From Chthoniobacteraceae bacterium (GTDB taxonomy: Bacteria; Verrucomicrobiota; Verrucomicrobiia; Chthoniobacterales; Chthoniobacteraceae): a stretch of DNA of 64,000 nt. Location: positions 64,001 through 128,000 of the forward strand of contig JBBCKI010000029.1 of assembly GCA_037190965.1 (NCBI GenBank), in the 5' to 3' direction. Under the pieces are notes generated by a model, which was not told the origin of the DNA, ran no database searches, and saw only the letters and a program-made list of their open reading frames with translations. This document shows positions 48,852 through 59,158 of this stretch, piece after piece; the stretch's first letter is position 1, and each line of letters starts with the position of its first letter. Both the position numbers and the translations under genes were made by a program.

Positions 48852-49553
48852 ATGCAGTCGCCTTTTGGTCGGACGATGAGTGCTTTAATAAATGCTTCAA
48901 CAAGAGGGCTGGCAATCTTGGCTCCCTGCAAGAGGGGGAAGGGGTTTACCTTATTGGAGCTGCTGGTGGTTGTCGCGATCATTGGGGTGCTGCTTTCCAT
49001 GCTCCTTGGTGGGGTGGCAGCCGCCAGAGTTTCCGCCAATGGAGCCCGATGCACCAGCAATCTTAGAAACCTGGGGGTCGCTTCCCTGCTTTACGCGAAG
49101 GATCATCAGAATAACCTGCCGATCCCGACAAAATGGGCGGCCCCGGATAACGAGGTCTTCTGGTGGGTCATGATTGGGCCCTATCTGTACGATGCGCCGC
49201 CCTTCGTCGTCGACGACACCTTCCGGTGCCCTGCTGGCGAAGGGTTTCACATCTCCGAGAGAGGGCTGCAAGGCAGTGGTTGGAGGCACATCGATTACGC
49301 GCAATTCCTCACCCCATATTACGTCGGCACCGCAAATCTCAGCGCGATCGATGCCGACAAAAGCGCGCTTCTCGTCGATGGCGAAAACTACGAAGGCTAC
49401 CTGGGTATCGAGGCGTACTGCTTTGCCGCCATTGTCAACAAACGCGCCAAGGAGCGTCACCGGGGGAAATCCAACGTTCTTTTCTGCAATGGTCGGGTGG
49501 AGGCGCTGAAGGACCCGACCTGGGAAGATCTCAGGCCCAAAAGTGCGGATTAA
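48852..49553 (+). CDS. Prepilin-type N-methylation protein with H-X9-DG-like C-terminus (DUF1559-like)
   Basis: KG|FTLLELLVVVAIIGVL, C.SNLR.LG, RHRGKSNVLFCNGRV. Confidence 0.88.
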   Translation: MQSPFGRTMSALINASTRGLAILAPCKRGKGFTLLELLVVVAIIGVLLSMLLGGVAAARVSANGARCTSNLRNLGVASLLYAKDHQNNLPIPTKWAAPDNEVFWWVMIGPYLYDAPPFVVDDTFRCPAGEGFHISERGLQGSGWRHIDYAQFLTPYYVGTANLSAIDADKSALLVDGENYEGYLGIEAYCFAAIVNKRAKERHRGKSNVLFCNGRVEALKDPTWEDLRPKSAD

Positions 49554-49667
49554 GCATGAAGTTTAATTTTGAATTATGTTGACAGCATATTGTAATCGAC
49601 GTAATTAGGCGATTAATCGGATCAACCCTTGCGGCCCGTTCGGGCGCAGTCCTTCCCACCTCGAACT

Positions 49668-51347
49668 ATGAACACCCCCACAACCTATCCACGTCTCTTG
49701 GTCGGATCTCTCCTCGCGTGTGTATCCCTCCTGAGCCTCCCTTCAGCAAAGGCTGACAATCTCTTTTGGAACGACTCCAGCGATGGTGACTGGAGTGATC
49801 CGGACCGTTGGAATCTGAGCGGCGTTCCCACCATTAATGACGTCGCATTCTTTCAACAGAATGCAACCTACACCGTTTCGTTGAGCGGCGACTCCACCGC
49901 CGGCACCGTTGCTGCCTTTGCGGGAAATGTGACTCTCGAAACCAATGGCTATTCCTTGACGACCGGTGCCATCGTCGTCGCCAATGGAGCCAGTTTCCTT
50001 GCCAAAGGGGGAAGCTTCGAAGATGCCGGTGGCGCCGTAAACTATATCGGCTATGACACGGACAATAATACCTTCACCCTGGATGAGGGTGCCACTTTCG
50101 AGCAAAGTGGGCGCACTTTGCTGGGGCCTTTGGCGGGAGGAAACAGGCTCATTGTGCAGGCGGGCTCTTCCCTCACGACTTCAGGGCAGGTGGCCTTGGG
50201 TTATTCGGGAGGAACCAATAACAGCATTCTCATCACCGGCACCGGCAGTTCTTACAACGCCATTGGGAGCGGGGATATCGACTTCTACATCGGGGGCGTC
50301 GCAGCCGGAGTAAACGGCGACGGGAACTCCGTCAGGGTGGAAGGCGGAGGTGTGCTCAACATCAGCGGGAGCCGTTGGCTGCGGATTGGAAATAATGGCG
50401 AAAGCAGTGGCAACAGCCTGGTCATCACCGGTTCAGGAAGCTCGTTCAACGGCACCGGCACAGGAAACGTCATCGTCGGAGGCGTGGGCGGGGGCAGCGG
50501 TACCGATAATACCTTGATCATTGAGAACGATGCGTCGTTCTCGATCGATGGAGCGGTAGGCATCACCGGGCAAAGCGGCAACTCCATGGTGATCGACGGG
50601 GGAAGCGCAATCATCAAGGGAGGGCTATATAATGACGGGAACGTCACCATTAAAGCCGGAACCGTCAACGTCGCCACTTTGCAGAGTTCCGCCACTGCAA
50701 GCCTCATGCTCGAGGGCGGGGAGCTGCGGGTGACGGGAGATGTCGATGTTCTGGAGGAAACCGCCTTTTCAGTCGGCAACGGAACGGGGGCTGCCGCCCA
50801 GTTGACCCTTAATGCTTCCTCCGGCGTCTTTGCAGGCGGGTTATTGATATCCAGCGATGGGATTTTGGCGGGAACCGGCTCGACCGCGTCGGCAATCAAG
50901 ACCTTCTCTTCCGATAGCCGGATCGCGCCGGGCGATGGGGGGATAGGTACTCTCACCGTCGGTTCCCTGGATCTCACCGAAGGCGCCACCTTTGTCTTCG
51001 ACTTGGGCTTGGGTAATACTTCAGATCTCCTGTTGGCTTCCTTCATCGACGCCACCGGCGTCGGCGAAGGCGGGCTTCTTGTCGACCTCCAGCTTCTGGG
51101 GGAAGCCGGTGAGGGGGTTTATACGTTGATCTCATTTGATTTGGCCACTGGCCTCACGGAGAGTCAGTTCGCGCTGACGCATGGCCTGGCAGGTTACAAC
51201 GCCAGCTTCAGTCTCTCCGGCAATGATCTTCAGCTTACTCTCGTAGGCATCCCTGAGCCCTCGGCCATTCACTTTCTCTTCCTTCTCGGCCTCGGATATG
51301 CCGGGGTGAAGTATGGAGAAAAGCGGAGAAAAGTTGCAGCGGTCTAA
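49668..51347 (+). CDS. PEP-CTERM surface protein with Gly-rich beta-strand repeats
   Basis: Signal peptide; G/N/T-rich repeats; C-terminal IPEPS + hydrophobic stretch + KRRK. Confidence 0.9.
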   Translation: MNTPTTYPRLLVGSLLACVSLLSLPSAKADNLFWNDSSDGDWSDPDRWNLSGVPTINDVAFFQQNATYTVSLSGDSTAGTVAAFAGNVTLETNGYSLTTGAIVVANGASFLAKGGSFEDAGGAVNYIGYDTDNNTFTLDEGATFEQSGRTLLGPLAGGNRLIVQAGSSLTTSGQVALGYSGGTNNSILITGTGSSYNAIGSGDIDFYIGGVAAGVNGDGNSVRVEGGGVLNISGSRWLRIGNNGESSGNSLVITGSGSSFNGTGTGNVIVGGVGGGSGTDNTLIIENDASFSIDGAVGITGQSGNSMVIDGGSAIIKGGLYNDGNVTIKAGTVNVATLQSSATASLMLEGGELRVTGDVDVLEETAFSVGNGTGAAAQLTLNASSGVFAGGLLISSDGILAGTGSTASAIKTFSSDSRIAPGDGGIGTLTVGSLDLTEGATFVFDLGLGNTSDLLLASFIDATGVGEGGLLVDLQLLGEAGEGVYTLISFDLATGLTESQFALTHGLAGYNASFSLSGNDLQLTLVGIPEPSAIHFLFLLGLGYAGVKYGEKRRKVAAV

Positions 51348-51351
51348 GTCG

Positions 51352-52530
51352 ATGGAGCGGAGAAACCAGTCTGGAGTCAGGTTAACGGTAGGCACCACCT
51401 GCGGCGATATCATCGGGGGCGATCATATCGCCATCCAGGCCGCAATCAACGAGGTCGCGCGGCTGGGGGGCGGAAAAGTCACGCTCCTCCCCGGCACCTA
51501 CGTGCTTCGCAACTCGGTCAAACTCTTCACAGGAGTCACTCTTGAGGGAACAGGCCCCCAATGCATTCTCCGGAAAAGCAATGGGTGGTTCTCCCTCTTG
51601 GTGGAAGACGCGGATTGGTATGAACTAGCCATCAGGGTCTCCGATGCCTCCCGCGTTAAGCCGCTCGACGGCATCTGCCTTACCAGCACGGAGGAGGGCG
51701 GCACCTCCCCCTGTGCCATCTCCCTGCACACTGTTTTGGGAGTGGACGGCGATACCCTCAGGTTGGATCGCTACCCTCGGGAAAACCACTGGGTTAGCCT
51801 CGGAGCCACTGTCCATGGGATTCACCCGCTGCTCGAAGCGAAAGATGCCAGCGAGATCACCATTGCCAATCTTCGCCTCGAAGGAAACCGGAGAGAGAAC
51901 GGACGATTGAATGGAAACCACGGCGCAGCGGTTTGTTTGACGGATTGCCGTAGCTCAAGGATCGAAAATCTTGAGATCGAAGACTTCAACGGCGATGGCA
52001 TCAGCTGGCAGACTAGTCACGACATCGTGGTGGCGAACTGCCGCATCAAGGGAGTCGCTGGCGTCGGCCTGCACCCCGGCAGTGGCTCAATGCGCCCGCA
52101 GATCGAGTTCAATACCGTGGAAGATGCCGAAGTTGGCCTCTTTTGGTGCTGGGGTGTCCGTCATGGCACCGCGCGGGAGAACTTCATCCGCCGCTGCTGG
52201 CGTCATGGGATCAGCATCGGTCATCGTGACACCGACAACGCCATCCTTGGGAACAGGATCGAATCGTGCGGTCAATCCGCCATCTTCTTCCGGCCCGGTT
52301 ATGGCCCGTCCACGACTGCACACCGTTGCCGGGTTATCGGGAACACGATCCGTTGCGCGGAGGAACACCCGGAAACCACGGGCGTAGACGTCTGTGCAGG
52401 CGTCGAAGACGTCAAAGTCAATGACAACGTCATCCACATCGCCGCGCCGTACAGGGCGTGCGCCCTCAATATTTCCGGGGAAGCGATCCGCCCTCAAGTC
52501 GAGGGGAACGCTATCCTGCCGCTGGATTAA
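51352..52530 (+). CDS. Right-handed parallel beta-helix (pectate-lyase-like) protein
   Basis: AIQAAIN....GGG.V.L.PGTY.L..S..L..GVTLEG.G; repeated N..I/GI turns. Confidence 0.85.
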   Translation: MERRNQSGVRLTVGTTCGDIIGGDHIAIQAAINEVARLGGGKVTLLPGTYVLRNSVKLFTGVTLEGTGPQCILRKSNGWFSLLVEDADWYELAIRVSDASRVKPLDGICLTSTEEGGTSPCAISLHTVLGVDGDTLRLDRYPRENHWVSLGATVHGIHPLLEAKDASEITIANLRLEGNRRENGRLNGNHGAAVCLTDCRSSRIENLEIEDFNGDGISWQTSHDIVVANCRIKGVAGVGLHPGSGSMRPQIEFNTVEDAEVGLFWCWGVRHGTARENFIRRCWRHGISIGHRDTDNAILGNRIESCGQSAIFFRPGYGPSTTAHRCRVIGNTIRCAEEHPETTGVDVCAGVEDVKVNDNVIHIAAPYRACALNISGEAIRPQVEGNAILPLD

Positions 52531-52541
52531 GTCGACAAGCA

Positions 52542-53927
52542 ATGAAAGCCTCAAGAGATTGGAACGTCGGCTTCTCCAGGCGGGAGATCACGCCGAAAGA
52601 GTCTGCCTGGCTCGCCGGATTCGCCTCCCGCATCCGCCCCAGCGAGAAAGTCGGGCAGCCTATTTACGTCAAGGCCATGGTGATCGCCGACGAGAAGACC
52701 GGCCCCGCTGTGCTCGTATCCGCAGACCTGCTCGGGTTTTCATCGTCCGTCTCGGAAACGATCCTCCACGCCGTCTCCCGCCAGCTCGAGATCGACAAGG
52801 ATCGCGTCCTCCTGACGGCAACTCATACCCACAGTGCCCCGGTGATCGACGGGGTGGCTCCGCTCATCTATAATTTCGATGCCTGCCAACAAGCCGCAGT
52901 CGGGGATTACACCCGGTTTGTGATCGATAGCACGGTCGCCGCCATCAAGGATGCCGTCGCGGACCTCCGCCCTTCGCGGATCGAGTACGGTCAGGCCTTT
53001 GCTGGCTTCGGCGTCAATCGGCGACGCGTCCGACCCGGCTGTCTGCACCTCCCGGCTGCCGTCGATCACGATGTCCCCGTCCTCGCCATCCGGGAAAAAG
53101 ACGGTCGCCTTCGAGGTCTCGTTTTCGGTTATGCTTGCCACGCCACCGTTCTCGGAGGGTACGAAATCAGCGGGGATTACGCGGGCTACGCTCAAACGGA
53201 GCTGGAGAAGAACCACCCCGGTTGCACGGCTCTCTTCGTTCCCGGTTGCGGGGGCGATATCAATGCGCTCCCTCGCGGATCAGTGGAATGCGCCGCACGC
53301 TACGGCACGCTTCTGGCCACAGCGGTTAACGATGCTCTCGGGGGAGCCATAATCGCTTTGGAGGAAGATCTCGTCATCCGGCGCACCCGCGCCGAACTTG
53401 CCTATGCTTCGGAGCCGTCTTTGGCGCAACTGGAGGAAGAACTAAGCCGTTCCGGCTCCACGGAGAAATGGTTGCTGCATCAAACAACCCTCGTCCCGCC
53501 CAAGCAACGCCTGCCCCGGGATGAAGCGCTGAAGGTCGCCACGCTTCTCGCAGAAAACGAACGAAAGATGATCCGTCATCAAATCGAGCAAAGGCGCGGG
53601 GAGCAACAGCTTCACTCCTGTTCCCTGGCATTGTATAGTTGGTGCTTCGGAAACCAGCTCACTTGGCTTCATATCGGCGGCGAACCGGTGGTCGATTACT
53701 CGCTCTATTTAAAGGAACGCTATGGGTGGGGACGAACGTGGGTGTCCGGATATTGTTACGATCTGACAACCTACATCCCCTCCCTGCGCGTCCTGACGGA
53801 GGGCGACTATGAAGGCATCGACGCCGTGCGACCGTTTGGGCATCCTGCTCCCTTTGACACTTCCGTGGAACGCAGCGTGCTCGAAAGTATTGAATCCCTC
53901 ATTCGCGGAACACCGAGCTGGCCATGA
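52542..53927 (+). CDS. Neutral ceramidase N-terminal-domain amidohydrolase-like protein
   Basis: EITP....LAGF, ATHTHSAP, YACHAT, ISGDYAG, GCGGDIN, GEPVVDYSL. Confidence 0.82.
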   Translation: MKASRDWNVGFSRREITPKESAWLAGFASRIRPSEKVGQPIYVKAMVIADEKTGPAVLVSADLLGFSSSVSETILHAVSRQLEIDKDRVLLTATHTHSAPVIDGVAPLIYNFDACQQAAVGDYTRFVIDSTVAAIKDAVADLRPSRIEYGQAFAGFGVNRRRVRPGCLHLPAAVDHDVPVLAIREKDGRLRGLVFGYACHATVLGGYEISGDYAGYAQTELEKNHPGCTALFVPGCGGDINALPRGSVECAARYGTLLATAVNDALGGAIIALEEDLVIRRTRAELAYASEPSLAQLEEELSRSGSTEKWLLHQTTLVPPKQRLPRDEALKVATLLAENERKMIRHQIEQRRGEQQLHSCSLALYSWCFGNQLTWLHIGGEPVVDYSLYLKERYGWGRTWVSGYCYDLTTYIPSLRVLTEGDYEGIDAVRPFGHPAPFDTSVERSVLESIESLIRGTPSWP

Positions 53928-55966
53928 CTAACGTTCCTTCCTTCGAAAAGTGGATCTGGACCGAACTCCTCGCGTTCGACCTCGACGCGCCCGATCTAGG
54001 CGTCTCGGCTTACCTGAAAGCCACGAATTTCGTTCCCGAGGGGATCTGCCTCTTAATTTCATCGCCCGACATCATCCTGCAACACGAGGGCCTCGAAATC
54101 GACGCGGAACTCCCTGCGGATTTCTGTTCAAGGAATGGCCATGCAGGCAACGAGGTCCGGAACAGGCAGGCCTGGACACGCTATCGGCTTCGGAACTTGA
54201 TCAAGAACCTTCAGCAAGCCGGTTCCAAAGTCTATCTCTCCACTTTCACTGAGTATCTCGAAGACCGGTTCCATCGCGAGTGGTTAAGCGATCACCCCGA
54301 GTGCCTGGTGACATGGGCCTCCCACGGAAGAAGGGAAGCCCTCTTCGTCCTGGCGAGGATGGCTGACGGTAGTTATCTGCGCGACACGTTTGCAAAGCAA
54401 CTTGTCCGTGTCTGCCTGGACTACGGGTTCGACGGCTGGCACGGGCCGGACGGCAACGGGCCCGACGCGCCGATTTTCATCAGCGGTTGCTCCGATGACA
54501 TGATCGAAAGGTTTGTCCAAAGCGGCCAGACCGATCTGCCCCGATTGGTCACCGCTCCCGCCGGAGATTCGCCCGAAGCTCTGACAAAACGGCTGGACTG
54601 GATATGGACACATCGGCGGCATGAATGGATCACCTTCTGGGGAGATTCGTGGGCCGAGTTCTGGAAAACCGTGTCAGACGCCCTCCATGCCATAGGTCGG
54701 AAGACGATGATCAACTCGGCATGGACTCGCGATCCTTTCGAAGCGCTCTATCGCTACGGCATCGACTACCGCAAGATCGTGGACGCCGGAGTTGACGCGA
54801 TCATGGTCGAAACCGCAGCCGGCGGGATTCTGTTAGGCAGCGAGGATCGTAACTACCATTACGACTACCTCGCCATGCTCATGCACATGAGGGCATACGT
54901 TCCTGATGGGAAGATTCTCTTCCTGCACATGGTCAAGGACGTCGTCGAGAACTGGGACCAGTTGCGGCATTCCCCTCCCATGCTCGAACGGGAAATTTAT
55001 GCCCTCAGCAACGCCTGGCACGTGAGCCGGGATGGAGGACCGACCCGGGCGGCAAACGGGTTGTTGGTTTGCCTGGGCGACGGGATCGCCCCGGACGAGT
55101 GGACTTGGCTCGCGGAACGCTGGACGCTCGCCCAAAAGTTTGCTCCCGTTGAAGTGCTCGGCGCGACGATCGTCTGCTCCGACTCGCTGCTTTTTGGTCA
55201 TTTGAAGGCGTTCCCTGAAACGCGGGAGCCCTCCAGCCATTGGCTAACCTATCGATTGCTTGAGCGGAACGCCCCCATTCACGCCACGGTGAATCTAAAG
55301 GACCAGGGGGCCGTTGCAGGACCGTTAGTCGTCTTCAATCCTCATCTGCTAACCCCCTTGGAAAGCGCCATGATTTTGGATGGAGGGCACGAGATCATTG
55401 CCATTGGCCCCAAATCTATCGATTGGGGGCTTCCAGATCTGGAGATCCTTGATCAGGGCGAAGGGCGGTCCTTCTTCTGCCGCGTCTACAACTCCTATAA
55501 CTCCGCCATGGATCTTGGTTGTTTGAACGACGAGTGGCCATCAGTAACGCCCACCGCGCCGGTCGATCATTCAATGGGGATCAAGGAACCGGTGAGGTTT
55601 CGGGAGGAACTCTATTTCTCCCGGCCATCCGAAACCTTTCTCCAAAGATGCGCTGAACTGATCCGAAGCCTTGACGGCTCATTTTCCGTCGAGGGCGAAG
55701 CCCCGGGGAACCTCACCGCCAAGCCGCCTCTCGAAGTCCGCGTTATGATCGTCAAGCTTGGCCCCGGCTCTTACAGGATCTCTGTTGAGAATAGCGCAAA
55801 AGTCTACGCCCGGCCCAGGATCAAACTCCGGCGTCCCCTGCGATCGGCAAGCATTGAGAGCGCTTTTCCAATCACCCGGCTGGAAGCCTGCCGGGATGCC
55901 ATCGCCCTCGTTATCCCACCCATGGGGGTCGTGGTGGCCGACGTCACCACCGACGGAGATCTATAA
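53924..55966 (+). CDS. Uncharacterised 680-aa protein, possible glycoside-hydrolase-like TIM barrel
   Basis: Long ORF coupled by ATGA overlap; DYGFDGWHGPDG and GVDAIMVE segments. Confidence 0.65.
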   Translation: MTNVPSFEKWIWTELLAFDLDAPDLGVSAYLKATNFVPEGICLLISSPDIILQHEGLEIDAELPADFCSRNGHAGNEVRNRQAWTRYRLRNLIKNLQQAGSKVYLSTFTEYLEDRFHREWLSDHPECLVTWASHGRREALFVLARMADGSYLRDTFAKQLVRVCLDYGFDGWHGPDGNGPDAPIFISGCSDDMIERFVQSGQTDLPRLVTAPAGDSPEALTKRLDWIWTHRRHEWITFWGDSWAEFWKTVSDALHAIGRKTMINSAWTRDPFEALYRYGIDYRKIVDAGVDAIMVETAAGGILLGSEDRNYHYDYLAMLMHMRAYVPDGKILFLHMVKDVVENWDQLRHSPPMLEREIYALSNAWHVSRDGGPTRAANGLLVCLGDGIAPDEWTWLAERWTLAQKFAPVEVLGATIVCSDSLLFGHLKAFPETREPSSHWLTYRLLERNAPIHATVNLKDQGAVAGPLVVFNPHLLTPLESAMILDGGHEIIAIGPKSIDWGLPDLEILDQGEGRSFFCRVYNSYNSAMDLGCLNDEWPSVTPTAPVDHSMGIKEPVRFREELYFSRPSETFLQRCAELIRSLDGSFSVEGEAPGNLTAKPPLEVRVMIVKLGPGSYRISVENSAKVYARPRIKLRRPLRSASIESAFPITRLEACRDAIALVIPPMGVVVADVTTDGDL

Positions 55967-55999
55967 GCTTCGACGCACCTCCGTCGTCTCTAACCTGCT

Positions 56000-56887
56000 A
56001 TGAATCCATCTACGAATCATTTCGCGAATGCCCCTCTTCTGCTGCACATCAACTACTTTGAGCAAGGCCAATCCCTGACGGAGGCCTGCCGGATCACTCG
56101 CGAATTGGGGGCCGACGGCCTTGAGTTCCGCAGCCTCGCCGCAGGGTTTAAGGGGACGCGCATGGAATATCTCGACGAGATTGCCCGTGCGCTGGATCGC
56201 CATCCTCTTTCAGTGATTAGTTTCGGCGGGCCCGGCCCCAACCTGATGACGGGGGACACCGCCTCTCAAGACAAGAGTCTCGATGAAATGGAGCTGTTCT
56301 ATCGCGAGGCGCACCGGCGCTTCCCTCTCACCGTCCTCAATGTCTTCGCCGGTAACCTCCTCAACGCGGACCCCGCCGTCGCTTACCTCGACTTCAAGAA
56401 ACACGGTTCTTTCATCGCCACCGAGGAGCAATGGACCAATGCCGCCAGGGGCTACGGACGCTTGGGCAGAATGGCTGGGGAACTCGGGTTGCGCCTGGCC
56501 TTCGAGACCCATGGAGCCTACCTCCACGACACCCTGGAAGCGACACTCCGGCTCGTCCGAGCCATCGATTGCCCGAACGTCGGTCTCCTCTGGGATCAGG
56601 TTAACCTTGAGGTCATTAGGGGCGCGCCCGGTTTCGCCGAGGCGATCGCCGCAGCCGGAGATCGCCTCTTCTACGTGCACCTCAAGAATCTTCTCGTTCC
56701 TCCCGAGCAGTTCCTGGCAATGAGCGATCTCGGCGGCGGTATTCTCAATATCCGCGACCAACTCGCCTGTCTGAAACGCGCCTGCTATGGAGGGCCGATT
56801 TGCCTGGAATCACCTCGGGCGGGTGACCGCGTCTCGTTTGCTCAGGCCGACCTGCACTATTTACGGCAAGTGATTGGGGAGCTTTAA
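56000..56887 (+). CDS. Sugar phosphate isomerase/epimerase (xylose-isomerase-like TIM barrel)
   Basis: GADGLE, LAFETH, NVGLLWD, YVHLKN, YGGPICLE. Confidence 0.85.
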   Translation: MNPSTNHFANAPLLLHINYFEQGQSLTEACRITRELGADGLEFRSLAAGFKGTRMEYLDEIARALDRHPLSVISFGGPGPNLMTGDTASQDKSLDEMELFYREAHRRFPLTVLNVFAGNLLNADPAVAYLDFKKHGSFIATEEQWTNAARGYGRLGRMAGELGLRLAFETHGAYLHDTLEATLRLVRAIDCPNVGLLWDQVNLEVIRGAPGFAEAIAAAGDRLFYVHLKNLLVPPEQFLAMSDLGGGILNIRDQLACLKRACYGGPICLESPRAGDRVSFAQADLHYLRQVIGEL

Positions 56888-56961
56888 CAAAGCGCCTTTT
56901 AGAACCGTTTTATCCTCACTCGTTTAGCTCAATCGTTGAAATTCATTGATTCATTTTTCTT

Positions 56962-58248
56962 ATGACGCAGATTCTGGACAGAACGTCGGCTGGGGGCAGG
57001 TTTCCTTCAGATCACTATACAAAGCCAAGCATCGGGCTCGGATCTCTCCTGATTGGAGCCGAGGAAGAGGCCATGGTGGTCGAAACGGTGCGTAGCGGCC
57101 GCTTGTTTCGTTATGCCTATGATCTGGAACCGGCGGAGCAGGGTAAAATGACCGCTGCATTGGAGCGTGAGTGGCGGGAACTGATGGGGGTCGGCTATGC
57201 GCTTTGCGTCACCAGTGGCACTGCCGCGTTGGAGGTTGCTCTCGGGGCCATGGGTCTTGGGCCGGGAGACGAAGTGATTGTTCCTGCCTGGAGTTGGGTG
57301 TCCTGTTTTACCTCGATCGTTAGAATAGGCGCGAAGCCGGTATTGGCTGAGGTAGACTCATCGTTGTGCCTTGCGCCTGGCGAGATTCGGCGGCTGTGCA
57401 CCGCCCGTACAAAAGCGGTGATAGTGGTGCATTATCAGGGAGTTTCCGCCGATATGGATCTCCTTCTGGCCGAGGCGAAGGAAATGGGCATCCGGGTGCT
57501 GGAGGATTGTGCGGAAGCCTGTGGCGCGATGTATCGCGGCAAACGCGTCGGCTCGATGGGTGACATGGCGATCTATAGTCTGCAGAATTCAAAAACCATC
57601 ACGAGCGGGGAGGGGGGAATGGTGGTCACTAAGGATCCTGATCTCTATGTTCGGGCGGTTCGTATGCATGACATCGGCCTCTTTCGCCCTCATCATTCCC
57701 AGTTTGCGAATCCCGCGGACGATGCGTTCTGTGGAGGGCAATATCGGATGGGCGAGATCACCGCGGCGGTCGCTTTGGCCCAGCTAAAGAAGTTGGATCA
57801 TATTCGAAATCACTGTCGCGCCCTGGGCGAGCGGGTCCTCCGTCGGATCGGAGCGCTCCCGGGGTTGGAATTCAGGCATATCCCCGATCCTCGGGGAGAC
57901 TCAGGAATCGAAATCTACTTCTTTGTTGAATCGTCCGAACTGGCCGTAAAGTTTTGCGGGCAGTTGGACGCGCTTAAGGTCAATTGCACGAAGATGACGG
58001 GCACTGCCTGTCACTACCGCCGACCCTATTGTGTCAATCGGGCCGCCCATTCGCCGGCATCTTCTCCGTTCCGGGAGGAGCGGGATTGGCCTGCGAAGGG
58101 GTATCGCCCGGAAGACTTTCCAATGACGGAGAATCTTGTGAACCGCTTTATTGCTTTACCCATGGGAGCTCTATATACCGTGGCGGATGCGGATCATATC
58201 GCCGATAGCGTGATCGCGGTGCATCAGAACCTTTGCTTTGGAAGCTGA
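56962..58248 (+). CDS. DegT/DnrJ/EryC1/StrS PLP aminotransferase
   Basis: TSGTAAL, GPGDEVIVP, EDCAEACG, SLQNSKTITSGEGG. Confidence 0.92.
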   Translation: MTQILDRTSAGGRFPSDHYTKPSIGLGSLLIGAEEEAMVVETVRSGRLFRYAYDLEPAEQGKMTAALEREWRELMGVGYALCVTSGTAALEVALGAMGLGPGDEVIVPAWSWVSCFTSIVRIGAKPVLAEVDSSLCLAPGEIRRLCTARTKAVIVVHYQGVSADMDLLLAEAKEMGIRVLEDCAEACGAMYRGKRVGSMGDMAIYSLQNSKTITSGEGGMVVTKDPDLYVRAVRMHDIGLFRPHHSQFANPADDAFCGGQYRMGEITAAVALAQLKKLDHIRNHCRALGERVLRRIGALPGLEFRHIPDPRGDSGIEIYFFVESSELAVKFCGQLDALKVNCTKMTGTACHYRRPYCVNRAAHSPASSPFREERDWPAKGYRPEDFPMTENLVNRFIALPMGALYTVADADHIADSVIAVHQNLCFGS

Positions 58249-58294
58249 CAGAAAAATAGTGATTTCTCCACAACGTCAACGCTAACTCATTCCT

Positions 58295-59158
58295 TTGACG
58301 ATTCCCCATCCAACTCAAAAGACCTGGCAAAACGTCCTCGCATCTCTGCACTGGGGTGAAGATGTCATATGGAAGGATCCGCCATCCGGTTATTTTGAGT
58401 GGATGGCGGAAAACGCGCACCGGCATGAGTATGCCGAAGTCGTTGTGTCTTTATCGGGATCGCACTTTTACGGAATCGACGGAAATGCCATCCAGCTGTC
58501 CCCGGGCTCCACGGCGTTGATTCCCAGAGGGGTTCCCCACGATTCGTGGTACTCGGAGTACCATCCTGAATGCATTGATTTTTGGCTTCATTTCCTTCCG
58601 CACGGAGTGGTCTTGATGAACTTCATCTATCATCAACCGGCAAGCGGCCCGGTGCCTGTGCAGATTCCTCAATTGCCGGTGGCCTTGCAGGATGACTTTC
58701 GAAGGGTCTGCCTCCTTTTGAATGATCACGTCTCCTCCAGACAAAAGGCCCGCCATTTTGTGACCTATCTTTTGCACGAGCTTTTCGAGTCATTGATGGA
58801 GAGCGATTTTCGGAACGACAACCCGGATGAACGGTCGGTGATCGAGGAGGTCAAACGATACGCGATGGATCACCTCACCGATCGCCTTACCCTCCCGGAC
58901 CTTGCAAAAGCCGCAGGCTACAGCCCGTTTCACTTTCACCGCTTATTCCTTGAGGCGGAAGGAGTCACTCCCCGCGCCTTTGTCGAATCCCAGCGCTTGA
59001 AGCAGGCCTGCGAACTCTTGAGGAAAGGACAATCCACCACTTCTGTCGCGTTGGACGTTGGCTTCGCCACACCGTCTCAGTTCAGCAAGGTCTTCAAGAA
59101 GCAGTTTAAGATGTCTCCCACTGAATGGCTCAAGACGGCGAAGGGATCAGCGCGCTAG
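58295..59158 (+). CDS. AraC-family regulator
   Basis: AHRHEYAE cupin; YSPFHFHRLF; VALDVGFATPSQFSKVFKK....SP. Confidence 0.9.
   Translation: MTIPHPTQKTWQNVLASLHWGEDVIWKDPPSGYFEWMAENAHRHEYAEVVVSLSGSHFYGIDGNAIQLSPGSTALIPRGVPHDSWYSEYHPECIDFWLHFLPHGVVLMNFIYHQPASGPVPVQIPQLPVALQDDFRRVCLLLNDHVSSRQKARHFVTYLLHELFESLMESDFRNDNPDERSVIEEVKRYAMDHLTDRLTLPDLAKAAGYSPFHFHRLFLEAEGVTPRAFVESQRLKQACELLRKGQSTTSVALDVGFATPSQFSKVFKKQFKMSPTEWLKTAKGSAR

Noticed and set aside
49456..49500. H-X9-NG instead of H-X9-DG in the prepilin-like protein
   Set aside because: Single conservative substitution; no evidence of significance.
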